A stretch of 64,000 nucleotides of DNA from Propionibacteriaceae bacterium (GCA_051654905.1 JBOFYY010000144.1:61593-125592), one strand, 5' to 3'. Shown: positions 1 to 10,238, counted from the stretch's first letter. A program made the numbers and translations. The notes: generated from the letters alone by a model not told the origin.

Positions 1-269
1 GAGACGATATTCATGCCATCGTCAATGAGTGCAGCCATGCTCGCGTCGAACTCTCTGAGGGCGATGTGGACGAAGACGAATGTTCGTTGGAGTGTTACTT
101 ACATGGCTCACGGTTCGATCTACGAACCGGAGTCCCTCTTAATCTTCCCGCTACCCAGCCGGTAGCGATTCACCCTGTTCGTATCGATGGTGACGATGTT
201 CTAGTTGATATCGACAATCCCATTCGCCGCGATGAGCAGGAATCTTGCAAGCAGAAAGAGAAGCACTGA
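1..269 (+). CDS. Rieske [2Fe-2S] domain protein of the suf cluster; 5' end lies outside the window
   Basis: Frame 3 is open from the window edge. The translation ..NECSHARVELSEGDV..ECSLECYLHGSRFDLRTG carries the C-x-H and C-x-x-H Rieske ligand boxes. It sits directly upstream of sufC. Confidence 0.8.
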   Translation, partial: DDIHAIVNECSHARVELSEGDVDEDECSLECYLHGSRFDLRTGVPLNLPATQPVAIHPVRIDGDDVLVDIDNPIRRDEQESCKQKEKH

Positions 270-270
270 G

Positions 271-1035
271 ATGCCTACATTAAAAATTACTGATCTTCAT
301 GTTGATGTGGAGACCGAAACCGGACCCAAGGAGATCTTGAAGGGTGTGAATCTCACCATCAATTCAGGTGAAGTGCATGCCATCATGGGGCCGAATGGTT
401 CTGGAAAATCTACTTTGGCGTATGCCATTGCCGGACATCCGAAATACACCATTACTTCAGGCAAGGTTGAGCTTGATGGCGAAGACCTCACTGAGATGAG
501 CGTGGACGAGCGAGCTCGGGCTGGTCTCTTCTTGGCGATGCAGTACCCCGTTGAAGTTCCTGGAGTTTCGGTAGCAAACTTCCTACGTTCTGCTAAGACT
601 GCGCTATCAGGTGAAGCTCCTAAGGTTCGTACTTGGGTGAAGGATGTTAACTCAGCGCTAGAGCGTATGGGACTTGACGGAGATTTCTCCGGTCGTAGCG
701 TTAATGAGGGCTTCTCTGGTGGTGAAAAGAAGCGTCATGAGATTGCTCAGCTGGAATTGCTAGATCCCAAGGTGGCAGTTCTCGATGAGACTGACTCGGG
801 TCTTGATATTGATGCGCTGAAGGTAGTTTCTGAAGGCGTTAATCGTTACATGGAGTCGGGGGATCATGGGGTATTGCTTATCACTCACTACACCCGTATC
901 TTGAACTACATCAAACCAGACTTCGTACACGTATTCGTTAAGGGACGCGTCGTAGAAGAGGGCGGCCCAGAGCTAGCTGCTCGTCTAGAGGAAACCGGCT
1001 ACGAAAACTACCTCAAGGCAGCAGAACAACAGTGA
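271..1035 (+). CDS. sufC: Fe-S cluster assembly ATPase SufC
   Basis: Walker A GPNGSGKST, ABC signature FSGGEKKR and Walker B LDETDSGLD. I chose the ATG at 271 (MPTLKITDLHV) because it starts 2 nt after the Rieske stop; the upstream part of the tracked ORF overlaps that gene. Confidence 0.95.
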   Translation: MPTLKITDLHVDVETETGPKEILKGVNLTINSGEVHAIMGPNGSGKSTLAYAIAGHPKYTITSGKVELDGEDLTEMSVDERARAGLFLAMQYPVEVPGVSVANFLRSAKTALSGEAPKVRTWVKDVNSALERMGLDGDFSGRSVNEGFSGGEKKRHEIAQLELLDPKVAVLDETDSGLDIDALKVVSEGVNRYMESGDHGVLLITHYTRILNYIKPDFVHVFVKGRVVEEGGPELAARLEETGYENYLKAAEQQ

Positions 1036-2285
1036 GCACTCTCGATTTCAGCGCCGCGGAACTGACTGCTCTGCGAGCACAGTTCCCGGTGCTGTCTCGG
1101 CAGGCGTACCAGCATCCACTGGTTTATCTAGATTCGGGTAATACCTCGCAGAAACCAGTACGAGTCGTGGAAGCTATGGCTGACCATGACCGTCTCCACA
1201 CCGCAAATGTGGCGCGCGCTATGCATATGTTGGGGGCAGAAGCGACCGCTGCTTTTGAGGGTGGCCGGGAGAAGATTGCTGCTTTTATTGGAGCAGCTAC
1301 CCCAGAAATTGTTGTGACGAAGAATGCTTCAGAAGCACTAAATCTGGCTGCTAATACGCTGGGGGCAGGGCTAACTACCGGCGATGAGATCGTTATTTCA
1401 GTGATGGAGCATCACTCCAATATTGTGCCTTGGCAACTGGTATGTCAGCGCACTGGTGCAACGCTACGTTGGTTTGATATTACTGACGATGGTCGCCTAG
1501 ATATTGATAAGGCGCGATCCGAAAATCTCATCAATGAGCGCACCAAAGTGGTGTCAGTAGCTTGGGTATCGAATGTGCTTGGCACAGTTAATCCGGTAGC
1601 CGATATTGCGCAAATGGCTCATGCAGTGGGAGCCGTAATGGTTCTGGATGGCTCGCAAGGAGTACCGCATCTACCTACCTCGGTAGCTGATCTGGGCTGC
1701 GATATGTTGGCTTTCACCGGCCATAAAATGTGCGGCCCTACCGGGTTAGGTATTTTATGGGGTCGCTACGATCTGCTGGAGTCACTGCCACCTTTCTTAG
1801 GCGGTGGCGAAATGATCGAAATCGTAAAGATGACAGGGTCTACCTACGCAAAACCGCCGCATCGCTTTGAGGCAGGAACCCCGCCAATTACGCAGACAGT
1901 AGGGCTAGGCGCCGCCGTCGATTTCCTTACTGAGGTGGGGATGGATCGGATCGCTGCCCACGATCATGTGATCACTTCATATGCGTTAACTCAGTTGCAG
2001 ACCATCGAAGGATTGCAGATTCTAGGGCCAGTTACCCCACAAGATCGTGGTAGCGCCCTTGCCTTTGCATTGGATGGAATACATCCCCATGATGTTATGC
2101 AGGTCTTAGATTCGCGAGGGATCGCGGTTCGAGGCGGTCAGCATTGTGCCCGTCCGCTGCACGATAGATTAGGAATCCAATCAAGTGTGCGGGCTTCTGG
2201 CTATTTGTACACCACTACTGATGAGATTGATGCATTAGTAGCGGCGCTACTGTGGACTAGGGAGTTCTTCGGAGGTAAATTGTGA
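1032..2285 (+). CDS. sufS: Cysteine desulfurase SufS (class V aminotransferase)
   Basis: 417 aa with the PLP-lysine context FTGHKMCGPTG and the C-terminal active-site Cys region GGQHCARPL. The GTG start overlaps the sufC stop (GTGA). Confidence 0.95.
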   Translation: MSTLDFSAAELTALRAQFPVLSRQAYQHPLVYLDSGNTSQKPVRVVEAMADHDRLHTANVARAMHMLGAEATAAFEGGREKIAAFIGAATPEIVVTKNASEALNLAANTLGAGLTTGDEIVISVMEHHSNIVPWQLVCQRTGATLRWFDITDDGRLDIDKARSENLINERTKVVSVAWVSNVLGTVNPVADIAQMAHAVGAVMVLDGSQGVPHLPTSVADLGCDMLAFTGHKMCGPTGLGILWGRYDLLESLPPFLGGGEMIEIVKMTGSTYAKPPHRFEAGTPPITQTVGLGAAVDFLTEVGMDRIAAHDHVITSYALTQLQTIEGLQILGPVTPQDRGSALAFALDGIHPHDVMQVLDSRGIAVRGGQHCARPLHDRLGIQSSVRASGYLYTTTDEIDALVAALLWTREFFGGKL

Positions 2286-2728
2286 ATCTTGATGAGCTGT
2301 ATCAAACGATCATTTTGGATCATTACCGACAGAAACATCATTGCGGTTTACGGGAAGACTATAGTGCTGAAGTTCAGCATGTGAACCCTTCTTGTGGCGA
2401 CGAACTGCGGTTACGAGCACATATCAAGGATGGGGTAGTGCAGGACCTATCCTATGAAGCCGAAGGCTGTTCAATCTCACAGGCTTCAACTTCGGTAATG
2501 ACTGATTTGGTGATCGGTAAGACCGTAGCTGAGGCGCTGGCTTTAGAAGCAGATTTTCTTGCGATGATGCAATCTCAAGGAACGATGGAACCTGATGAGG
2601 ATCGTTTTGAAGATGGCATCGCGTTTATCGGTGTCAGCAAGTTCCCAGCACGCGTCAAGTGCGCGTTGTTGGGATGGGAAGCAATGAAAGATGCGGTTTA
2701 TCAATCTGCATCAAAGGAGGGGCAGTGA
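2282..2728 (+). CDS. sufU: SufU/NifU-like Fe-S scaffold and sulfur-acceptor protein
   Basis: 148 aa with NPSCGD and EGCSIS motifs typical of SUF-type IscU-like proteins. Start overlaps the sufS stop. Confidence 0.9.
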   Translation: MNLDELYQTIILDHYRQKHHCGLREDYSAEVQHVNPSCGDELRLRAHIKDGVVQDLSYEAEGCSISQASTSVMTDLVIGKTVAEALALEADFLAMMQSQGTMEPDEDRFEDGIAFIGVSKFPARVKCALLGWEAMKDAVYQSASKEGQ

Positions 2729-3117
2729 GCGACGAAACCAGACCCAGTGACCTTGTAAAAGATGTTTTCCCTGATGCTGCCGGCGATGCGCCCGCAACAC
2801 CGGTGGTTTACGGCACTGAGGAAGAAATCCTTGAGGCGATGAAAGACGTTATTGACCCTGAGTTGATGGTCAATGTGGTTGATCTAGGTCTTGTTTATGG
2901 TGTACATATCGACGAGGTGGGTCAAGCCATTATCGATATGACGCTGACAACTCCTACTTGTCCGATGACTGATCGTCTGGAATACCAGACGGCGATGGCA
3001 TTGGATGGGCTGGTAAATGCGGTGCGAGTTAATTGGGTATGGCTACCACCGTGGGATATGACAATGATTTCTGAAGATGGTCGTGAACAGCTACGCGCCG
3101 TAGGGATTTCGGTCTAA
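2725..3117 (+). CDS. sufT: DUF59 / SufT-like Fe-S assembly protein
   Basis: DPELMVNVVDLGLVY..MTLTTPTCP is the DUF59 signature. GTG at 2725 overlaps the sufU stop (GTGA) and follows AAGGAGG at 2714-2720. Confidence 0.85.
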   Translation: MSDETRPSDLVKDVFPDAAGDAPATPVVYGTEEEILEAMKDVIDPELMVNVVDLGLVYGVHIDEVGQAIIDMTLTTPTCPMTDRLEYQTAMALDGLVNAVRVNWVWLPPWDMTMISEDGREQLRAVGISV

Positions 3118-3135
3118 AAATCTCTTAGATATGAG

Positions 3136-3170
3136 CCCGGCTTCGCCTGCGCGAAGGCGGGTTCTGTCTT
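3136..3170 (+). terminator. Intrinsic terminator after the suf operon
   Basis: CCCGGCTTCGC / GCGAAGGCGGG forms an 11-bp stem with one mismatch and a 4-nt loop, followed by the T-rich TTCTGTCTTT. Confidence 0.6.
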
Positions 3171-3211
3171 TGCAGTTTGCTGTAGCGAGGTAGAGAAGGA
3201 AGAATCAGACG

Positions 3212-4807
3212 GTGATTGTCGCAAAAGATGTGGAAGTTAGAGTTGGCGCCAGACTGCTCTTGGCGCCAACAACGTTCCAAGTAACCAAGGGCGACAAGAT
3301 CGGTTTGGTGGGACGAAACGGGGCCGGAAAAACTACTCTTACCAAGATTTTGGCTGGGGAAGGGCTTCCTGCTGCTGGGACAATTACTCGCTCTGGCGAG
3401 ATTGGATATTTGCCCCAAGATCCGCGTACTGGAGATATGACTCAGTTAGCTAAGGATCGGATTCTTTCAGCACGAGGTCTCGACCAAATCGTACGTAGAA
3501 TGCGGGCGGCCGAAGAAAATATGGCTGCTGAAGGGGATCGTCGCGATAAGGCGATGAATCAGTATTCTCGAGCTGAGGCAGAACTTATTGCCGCTGGTGG
3601 ATATGCAGCCGATGCCGAAGCTGCCCAGATTGCCCACAATCTAGGGTTGCCGGATCGAGTTTTGGGGCAGCCATTGTCGACGCTTTCGGGTGGACAACGA
3701 CGTCGAGTGGAGCTAGCTCGAATCCTATTTTCGGCAGCAGATACATTGCTACTTGACGAACCTACTAACCACTTAGATGCCGACTCAATTATCTGGTTAC
3801 GAGATTTTATTAAGACTTATCCCGGTGGGGTGATGATGATCTCTCACCACACTGAACTGTTGGCTGATACCGTCACTAAAGTTTTCCATCTAGATGCGAA
3901 TCGTTCCGAACTAGATCAATATGCGATGAATTGGAAACGCTACTTATTGCAGCGCGAAACCGATGAGAAACGTCGCAAACGTGAGCGCGCTAATGCAGAA
4001 CGTAAAGCTGATCAGCTACTTGCTCAAGCCGATAAAATGCGCGCCAAAGCCACTAAAGCAACGGCGGCACAGAATATGGCAAGACGGGCTGAGCGTTTGA
4101 TCCAAGGTATCGAAGGCGAACGTGCTCATGATCGCGTCGCTAAAATTGCTTTCCCCACGCCAGCTCCTTGTGGGAAAACACCATTGATGGCGCAGGATCT
4201 TTCTAAAACATATGGGTCGCTAGAGGTATTCACTTCAGTAGATTTAGCTATTGACCATGGATCGCGGGTAGTTATTTTAGGGTTGAATGGTGCTGGAAAA
4301 ACGACACTGCTGCGGTTACTGGCAGGAGTGGAAGTTTCCGATACTGGCGAGATCATCAAAGGTCATGGGCTGAAGATGGGCTATTACGCCCAGGAACATG
4401 AAACTATCGATGTTAAGCGTTCTGTGCTGGACAATATGAAATCAGCTTCCCCGGATCTTAACGAAACTCAGGTACGTTCGGTTTTAGGTAGTTTCCTATT
4501 CTCAGGTGACGACGTCGAAAAGTTAGCTGGAGTACTTTCTGGTGGCGAGAAAACGCGGTTAGCTTTGGCGATGCTGGTAGTTTCTAGCGCAAATGTTTTG
4601 ATGCTGGACGAACCTACAAATAACCTTGACCCAGCCTCACGAGAGGAAGTTTTAGGGGCGATCCATAGCTACAAGGGAGCCATCATTCTAGTAACGCACG
4701 ATGAAGGTGCTGTTGCGGCGTTAGAACCGGATCGAGTTTTATTACTTCCCGATGGTGTCGAAGATTTATGGAGCCCAGAGTACGCAGATCTGATTGCTCT
4801 TGCCTAG
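3212..4807 (+). CDS. ABC-F family ATPase (two ABC domains joined by a charged linker, no transmembrane domain)
   Basis: Two Walker A sites (GRNGAGKTT, GLNGAGKTT), two signatures (LSGGQRRR, LSGGEKTR) and a Lys/Arg/Glu-rich interdomain linker. Confidence 0.9.
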   Translation: MIVAKDVEVRVGARLLLAPTTFQVTKGDKIGLVGRNGAGKTTLTKILAGEGLPAAGTITRSGEIGYLPQDPRTGDMTQLAKDRILSARGLDQIVRRMRAAEENMAAEGDRRDKAMNQYSRAEAELIAAGGYAADAEAAQIAHNLGLPDRVLGQPLSTLSGGQRRRVELARILFSAADTLLLDEPTNHLDADSIIWLRDFIKTYPGGVMMISHHTELLADTVTKVFHLDANRSELDQYAMNWKRYLLQRETDEKRRKRERANAERKADQLLAQADKMRAKATKATAAQNMARRAERLIQGIEGERAHDRVAKIAFPTPAPCGKTPLMAQDLSKTYGSLEVFTSVDLAIDHGSRVVILGLNGAGKTTLLRLLAGVEVSDTGEIIKGHGLKMGYYAQEHETIDVKRSVLDNMKSASPDLNETQVRSVLGSFLFSGDDVEKLAGVLSGGEKTRLALAMLVVSSANVLMLDEPTNNLDPASREEVLGAIHSYKGAIILVTHDEGAVAALEPDRVLLLPDGVEDLWSPEYADLIALA

Positions 4808-4822
4808 CATTGTAGTTTTACG

Positions 4823-5629
4823 TTAGTTAACGCTGCGGCAGAATGTGGCTACCGTGACGTCAAGGGTAACAGTAGCTGCAGTAGATGGAATGTCTTGTTG
4901 GTGAAAGGCATTAGGACCCATTGCAATTACGTTGGCTACGTCATTGGCGTTAAGTTCCATTGAAGTAGTCACATTACTGCAATCAGTGGGCACAAAGTGG
5001 TCGGCTAACGTTGCTACTAGCAGATCGTATTTATTGTCTGCGATAGCTAGCAGATCGTAACTTTGGCGTAGCTCCAGTAAATGTTCTGGACCTGGAATTG
5101 CCACTACCAACTTACCTTCCTGGGCAAGAATTCGAGCAAATTCAGCGCTATTACGTGGAGCAAAAATGCAGGTAATTGCATCGACGCTTTCACTTCGTAC
5201 CGGTAGTTGCTGCCAAGAATCCGCCACGATAGCTGCACCGCGCCGATGAGCTTTAGCAGCGCGGCGGCAGGCTGCAACTGAAATGTCGGTCGCTAGTCCG
5301 TAACGTTGTGAGTTAGCTTCGAGTAGTCGAGATAAATACCAGCCAGGGCCAGCTCCAATATCGATGATGTGTACAGCATCAGTTAAAGCCTTAGCTAGCG
5401 CAGTAACTATTGGGTCGTAATGACCAGAATCTAGAAAAGCTAGGCGCCGAGCGACCATATCAGCAGTATCGGCATGATGAGGTTGCGCAGTTGCTAAAAG
5501 ATTGAGATGACCTTGTTTGGCGATATCGAAGTGATGCTGCTGGGAGCAAGAAATGATACGGTCTTGCCGCGATAGCGGTTGCCGGCAATGGGGGCATACC
5601 AGCCAGTCAAGAACATCATCGAGAGCCAT
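4823..5629 (-). CDS. rlmA: RlmA-like 23S rRNA (guanine-N1) methyltransferase with N-terminal zinc ribbon
   Basis: N-terminal LVCPHCRQPL..ISCSQQHHFDIAKQGHLNLL Zn-ribbon, followed by the SAM-binding motif IIDIGAGPGWY. Confidence 0.75.
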   Translation of the reverse strand: MALDDVLDWLVCPHCRQPLSRQDRIISCSQQHHFDIAKQGHLNLLATAQPHHADTADMVARRLAFLDSGHYDPIVTALAKALTDAVHIIDIGAGPGWYLSRLLEANSQRYGLATDISVAACRRAAKAHRRGAAIVADSWQQLPVRSESVDAITCIFAPRNSAEFARILAQEGKLVVAIPGPEHLLELRQSYDLLAIADNKYDLLVATLADHFVPTDCSNVTTSMELNANDVANVIAMGPNAFHQQDIPSTAATVTLDVTVATFCRSVN

Positions 5630-5721
5630 AGCTACATTCTTTCAGTAAATAGTGCCCCCGCGCTTTCACTTCATCTCATGTCGAACTAGGCTGGCTGTAT
5701 TCATTAACAACAGGAGGATCC

Positions 5722-7065
5722 ATGGACCTGACTCAGGCCAAGGCATACGCCAAGGGTGCGATGCCCCGTCTTCTCGAGCGTCATGCTGAGCTCATTTCCT
5801 ATCCGTCCGTTGCGTTCCCCGGCTACCCGCGCGAACCCATGGACGCTATCGTCCCAGTACTACTTGATATGTTCACAGAGTTTGGTATTCCCAATGTGGG
5901 CACGCTGGAACTTGAGGGTGGCTACCCGGCTATTTTCGCTGAAATACCTGGTCCGGAAGGTTCGCCGGTAGTGACGCTCTACGGTCACTATGACGTGCAG
6001 CCCTGCCCGCCCACGCAGAAGTGGGATACGGATCCGTGGACAGCTACTCGTAAAGAAGACGGCCGTATTTATGGTCGTGGGGCCGCTGACGATAAGTCTG
6101 GTGTTGTTGCGCTCGCTGGTATTTTGGGTGCGTTTGAAGGTAAACCGCCGTGCACAGTTCGTCTGGTAGTAGAAGGCGAAGAAGAGACAGCTTCTCATAT
6201 TGAGGAGTTCGTCGAAAAGAATCCGCAGATGTTTGCCTCAGATCTGTTCATGATCACAGACTCTGGTCCGGCAGCAGTGGGTGAGCCAAGCGTAGGAACG
6301 GGTCTTCGCGGCACTGTCGCTACTACCGTTACTGCCAATACGCTTCCCAACGCGCTTCATAGTGGACTCTTTGGTGGCGCAGCCCCAGATGCACTATTTG
6401 TTTTGCTACATACCCTTGACGCTATGTTCGACGATGATGGCAACACAGTCATCCCCGGTCTACATAGCTTCAGCTGGGAAGGCGCTGAGGTTTCTGAGGA
6501 AAGTATCCTCAAGAATGCTGAAGTGCTAGCAGGGGTTAGCCTGCAAGGAACTGGTCCGGTACAGAATCGAATCTGGTCATCACCAGCAGCTACCGTCATT
6601 GGTTTGGACGCCGTACCAGTCGATCAGTGCTCGAATGCACTTAACCCGTCAGCTCGCGCTAAGGTGAGCTTGCGGATTGCTCCTGGTGCAGATCCAGTTG
6701 CCGAACTTGCAACGTTGAAGCAGTTCCTGCAAGATTCAGCACCTTTGGGTGTCACTTTAGAGTTCAGTAATGATGAAATGGGTGCACCCTTCAAAGCTGT
6801 CGACGGACCGTATCTGCGGGCAGCTATGACTGCTCTAGAAGAGGCCTACGGTAAGCCCGCTGGGCAACTTGGTTCAGGTGGAGCTATCCCGCTAGTTAAT
6901 GTTTTTGTGGGAACCAAGCCCGGATCGGAAGCAGTAATTTGGGGTCCGCAAGATGAAGAATTCGCTAAGATCCACGGTCCAAATGAGTCGGTTCATCCCG
7001 ATGAAATTGAGCGGATCGTTGTTGCGGGTATTCGTCTGCTAACAGCGGTTGCTGAAACAAAGTAG
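5722..7065 (+). CDS. M20 family metallopeptidase / dipeptidase
   Basis: 447 aa with LYGHYDVQP, GRGAADDKSG and VEGEEE metal-ligand motifs of the M20/ArgE/DapE family. Confidence 0.85.
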   Translation: MDLTQAKAYAKGAMPRLLERHAELISYPSVAFPGYPREPMDAIVPVLLDMFTEFGIPNVGTLELEGGYPAIFAEIPGPEGSPVVTLYGHYDVQPCPPTQKWDTDPWTATRKEDGRIYGRGAADDKSGVVALAGILGAFEGKPPCTVRLVVEGEEETASHIEEFVEKNPQMFASDLFMITDSGPAAVGEPSVGTGLRGTVATTVTANTLPNALHSGLFGGAAPDALFVLLHTLDAMFDDDGNTVIPGLHSFSWEGAEVSEESILKNAEVLAGVSLQGTGPVQNRIWSSPAATVIGLDAVPVDQCSNALNPSARAKVSLRIAPGADPVAELATLKQFLQDSAPLGVTLEFSNDEMGAPFKAVDGPYLRAAMTALEEAYGKPAGQLGSGGAIPLVNVFVGTKPGSEAVIWGPQDEEFAKIHGPNESVHPDEIERIVVAGIRLLTAVAETK

Positions 7066-7174
7066 AAAACACGTTATTCAGATAGCGGCAGTTTGGTCCT
7101 TATCGGGCTGAACTGTCGCTATTTGGTTTAGTAAGAGACGAAGATTTTATCGATAACCCAGTACAGTTCAATAT

Positions 7175-7888
7175 GTGAATAACACTTCGCGGGTAGCTTT
7201 TGTTACCGGGGCAGATCGCGGTATTGGCTATGCCATCAGTCAAAGGTTGTTGGCTGCAGGTCATCAGGTAGCAGTAGCTTCGCGCCATCCACAGCCCGCA
7301 GCAGGGGTGCTGGCTTGTGAATGTGACGTCACTGACACTAGTTCGGTAGCAGCAGCTTTTACGCAAGTCGAGGCAGAATTAGGGCCAGTCAGTATCCTCG
7401 TCGCTAATGCTGGGATAGCTCGTGACGAACTGCTATTACGAATGAGTGATGAAGATTTCAATACAGTTCTGGATACCAATTTAACGGGAGCTTTTCGCGT
7501 TATTCGTAGAGCATCGCGTGCTATGGTCAAAGCTCGGTACGGTCGTATCGTGCTAGTTGGATCAGTGATTGGAGCCCAAGGCGGTGTCGGGCAAATAAAC
7601 TATGCAGCCTCTAAAGCTGGCATGGTGGGGCTAGCTAGGGCGACAGCTAAAGAGCTAGGTGCTAAAGGAATTACCGCCAATGTGGTAGCACCAGGATTTA
7701 TCGATACTGATATGACAGCAGCTCTGGATCCAGCGTTGATGGCTCATTATCAAAATCAAATACCGGCAGGACATATTGGGTCTGTGGCAGATGTAGCATC
7801 AGCCGTAGAATTTTTGACACGCGAAGAAGCCGGATATATCAACGGTGCAGTTATTCCTGTTGACGGTGGTTTAGGGATGGGGCATTAA
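7175..7888 (+). CDS. fabG: 3-oxoacyl-ACP reductase (short-chain dehydrogenase/reductase family)
   Basis: TGADRGIG cofactor motif, NAG, the YAASKAG catalytic Y-x-x-x-K and a PGFIDTDM tail. Sits directly upstream of the enoyl-ACP reductase gene, as mabA-inhA does in mycobacteria. Confidence 0.85.
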   Translation: MNNTSRVAFVTGADRGIGYAISQRLLAAGHQVAVASRHPQPAAGVLACECDVTDTSSVAAAFTQVEAELGPVSILVANAGIARDELLLRMSDEDFNTVLDTNLTGAFRVIRRASRAMVKARYGRIVLVGSVIGAQGGVGQINYAASKAGMVGLARATAKELGAKGITANVVAPGFIDTDMTAALDPALMAHYQNQIPAGHIGSVADVASAVEFLTREEAGYINGAVIPVDGGLGMGH

Positions 7889-7890
7889 CT

Positions 7891-8664
7891 ATGGCTGGGA
7901 TCCTTGCTGGTAAAAAAATTTTAGTGGTGGGAGTTACCCACACTACATCTTTGGGATATGCGGTAGCACAACTAGCTCAACAAGAAGGCGCTACGGTCGT
8001 CGTAGCTAACTATGGGCGAGCGATGCGTCTTACCGCTAAAGTCTTGCAACGACTTGACCCGGTGCCAGCATTGATTGAATTAGATGTTACGCAAGAGAGT
8101 CACCTAAAACGGCTTCCAGAGCTGCTAGGCGAACATATTGACGGTCTTGATGGCATCGTTCATGCAGTTGCTTATGCTAATCCTGATACTGCGCTAGGGG
8201 GACAGTTTCTACAGACACCGTGGTCTGATGTGGCTGAAACCTTGCAGGTGAGTGCTTATTCGTTAGCTTCGGTGACAGCAGCTTGTCGCGGTTTATTGCG
8301 ACCGCAGGCAAGTATCGTCGGGCTTACTTTCGACGGGTCGCTATCTTGGCCAAATTATGACTGGATGGGGGTAGCAAAAGCTGCCTTGGAAGGTACCGCG
8401 CGACAGCTGGCTCGCGATCTTGGTTCAGAAAAGATTCGGGTAAATCTAGTCAGTGCAGGTCCGGTTAATACTCTTGCTAAAAACGCTATTCCAGGAGCTG
8501 AGGTGTTGGATCAAGTATGGGCTGAGAAAGCTCCACTAGGTTGGGATCCTAACGACGCAACAGCGGTAGCCCGCGCAGTATGTGCTTTGCTATCGGATTG
8601 GTTTGTGGCAACTACTGGGGAAATTATTCACGTTGATGGTGGATTCCACGCTATGGGTATGTAG
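7891..8664 (+). CDS. fabI: Enoyl-ACP reductase (FabI/InhA type)
   Basis: 257 aa with the typical FabI/InhA layout (GVTHTTSLGYAVA.., ..MGVAKAALE.., RVNLVSAGPVNT). ATG lies 3 nt after the fabG stop. Confidence 0.85.
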   Translation: MAGILAGKKILVVGVTHTTSLGYAVAQLAQQEGATVVVANYGRAMRLTAKVLQRLDPVPALIELDVTQESHLKRLPELLGEHIDGLDGIVHAVAYANPDTALGGQFLQTPWSDVAETLQVSAYSLASVTAACRGLLRPQASIVGLTFDGSLSWPNYDWMGVAKAALEGTARQLARDLGSEKIRVNLVSAGPVNTLAKNAIPGAEVLDQVWAEKAPLGWDPNDATAVARAVCALLSDWFVATTGEIIHVDGGFHAMGM

Positions 8665-8727
8665 ACCATGCTCGTATTTCAAGTTTATCTGCGCACATTA
8701 GTTGACACAGTTGGGTAGGTTGGTGTT

Positions 8728-9519
8728 GTGACATCAGTAGTGGAACTTAAAGACGTAACTGTTCGTCGAGGCGATGCGGTATTACTCGACGGTATCAACT
8801 GGCATATCGCCGAAGGCGAACGATGGGTTGTTATTGGACCTAATGGTGCTGGTAAAACAACTTTGATGCAGGTTCTTGCTGCCCAATTGCATCCCACTTC
8901 AGGTAGCGTCGGGCTGCTAGGGGAACAGTTGGGGGCTGTTGATGTCTTTGAGCTACGCCCTCGTATTGGGGTAGCTTCTGCTGATCTTGCCGAGCGGATA
9001 CCGCGTAGCGAAAAAGTCAGTGATGTGGTGATTTCATCGGCTTATGGCGTATTGGGTCGATGGAATGAAACCTATGATGGTGCTGACTATCAACAAGCTG
9101 CTGCACTTATGGGGCAGCTAGGGGTGGCACATCTTGCGGAGCGAACATTTGGAACGCTCAGCGAAGGAGAACGTAAAAGAGTTCAGATTGCTCGGGCATT
9201 AATGACCGATCCAGAGCTACTTTTACTTGATGAACCAGCTGCTGGATTAGATTTGGCAGGACGTGAATATCTGGTTGCTACGTTGGGGCAGTTAGCTCAG
9301 GATCTGACAGCTCCCACAACTGTCATGGTGACTCATCACGTAGAAGAGATTCCGGCAGGAATAACTCACGCTATCTTGTTGAAATCGGGAGCTGTTGTTA
9401 CTGCTGGTCCGATCCGGGAAACTATCACCGGAAAATGGCTTTCTGAAACCTTCGAAATTCCGCTACGTCTCTACCATGCCGGTGGTCGTTACACTGCCAG
9501 ATTACGGCCGGGGCGATGA
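8728..9519 (+). CDS. Stand-alone ABC transporter ATP-binding protein
   Basis: Walker A GPNGAGKTT, signature LSEGERKR and Walker B LLLLDEPAAGLD. No cognate permease is adjacent apart from the small membrane ORF downstream. Confidence 0.85.
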   Translation: MTSVVELKDVTVRRGDAVLLDGINWHIAEGERWVVIGPNGAGKTTLMQVLAAQLHPTSGSVGLLGEQLGAVDVFELRPRIGVASADLAERIPRSEKVSDVVISSAYGVLGRWNETYDGADYQQAAALMGQLGVAHLAERTFGTLSEGERKRVQIARALMTDPELLLLDEPAAGLDLAGREYLVATLGQLAQDLTAPTTVMVTHHVEEIPAGITHAILLKSGAVVTAGPIRETITGKWLSETFEIPLRLYHAGGRYTARLRPGR

Positions 9520-9767
9520 AGCTTAATTTGACGGAATCTTTTGTTGATTGTCCGTGGATTCCGTGGCTGTTGTTAGTGCTGCTGTGTTTGAGCGTTGATT
9601 TATTGCGTCGAGACGGATGGGGTGCAGTTACCGGATTGGGGCTGATACCAGCAGCGATCGTCGCGATGCTAATGCCAGAACTTTTTGGGTGGCAGTTTGT
9701 GGCTGCAGCATTGGGAATAATAGCTGCTGTGACGCTAACTAAGTGGGTATCTAGATCAATTCGTTAA
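9516..9767 (+). CDS. Small integral membrane protein (83 aa)
   Basis: ATG overlaps the stop of the ABC ATPase gene (ATGA), which suggests translational coupling. Several hydrophobic helices are predicted. No family recognised. Confidence 0.55.
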   Translation: MKLNLTESFVDCPWIPWLLLVLLCLSVDLLRRDGWGAVTGLGLIPAAIVAMLMPELFGWQFVAAALGIIAAVTLTKWVSRSIR

Positions 9768-9823
9768 TATATAAAATTGCTGAATTATATTTTTGATTAG
9801 TCGAGTATTAGTGCAATAAATAT

Positions 9824-9859
9824 AGTTTATGGGTGTACTACATGGCACACCCATAAACT
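9824..9859. terminator. Perfect 13-bp hairpin between convergent genes
   Basis: AGTTTATGGGTGT (9824-9836) pairs with ACACCCATAAACT (9847-9859) around a 10-nt loop, in an AT-rich intergenic region. Confidence 0.5.
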
Positions 9860-9934
9860 GGCAAAGCAAAGTAGAAAAATTTATGGTTTCTAATTAAGAA
9901 TTAGCGGTATATGGGTTAATTAGTCATCTGGATC

Positions 9935-10234
9935 TTAGGATTTTGGTTTAGTTTCAAAATGGTCATCACCAATTTTATTTTTGGTTATTTCTGATCCAAA
10001 AACCAGTAGAAATAGCCCTAAAAAGGCGCATCCGATAGATGCTGGTACTATTTTTAACAGGAGTAAAGCTGTAGATACGCTGTAGAAGAAGGTCGATCCA
10101 TAAAAGTATCTCTCTCCCCGTACCGACTTAGACTTAACGAAAGGATGCAAGGGTTTAGTTTTTCTGGATTCCCTTGCTGCGCTAAGTGCTAGAAGGGAAG
10201 ATCCTGATAATATCACTAACGGAAACCAGATCAT
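9935..10234 (-). CDS. Small hydrophobic membrane protein (99 aa), unknown function
   Basis: About three predicted transmembrane helices. Its start lies 4 nt downstream of the preceding gene's stop. Visibly AT-rich codon content. Confidence 0.5.
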   Translation of the reverse strand: MIWFPLVILSGSSLLALSAARESRKTKPLHPFVKSKSVRGERYFYGSTFFYSVSTALLLLKIVPASIGCAFLGLFLLVFGSEITKNKIGDDHFETKPKS

Positions 10235-10238
10235 TGGT

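Noticed and set aside
3125-3418. A 97-aa minus-strand ORF spanning the suf terminator and the start of the ABC-F gene.
   Set aside because: It overlaps a well-supported ABC-F coding frame and a terminator hairpin, and has no supporting features.
5756-6599. Alternate-frame and antisense ORFs within the M20 peptidase gene (5756..5971, 5860..6198, 6357..6599).
   Set aside because: They are embedded in a gene with clear M20 metal-binding motifs, and I recognised no independent signals.
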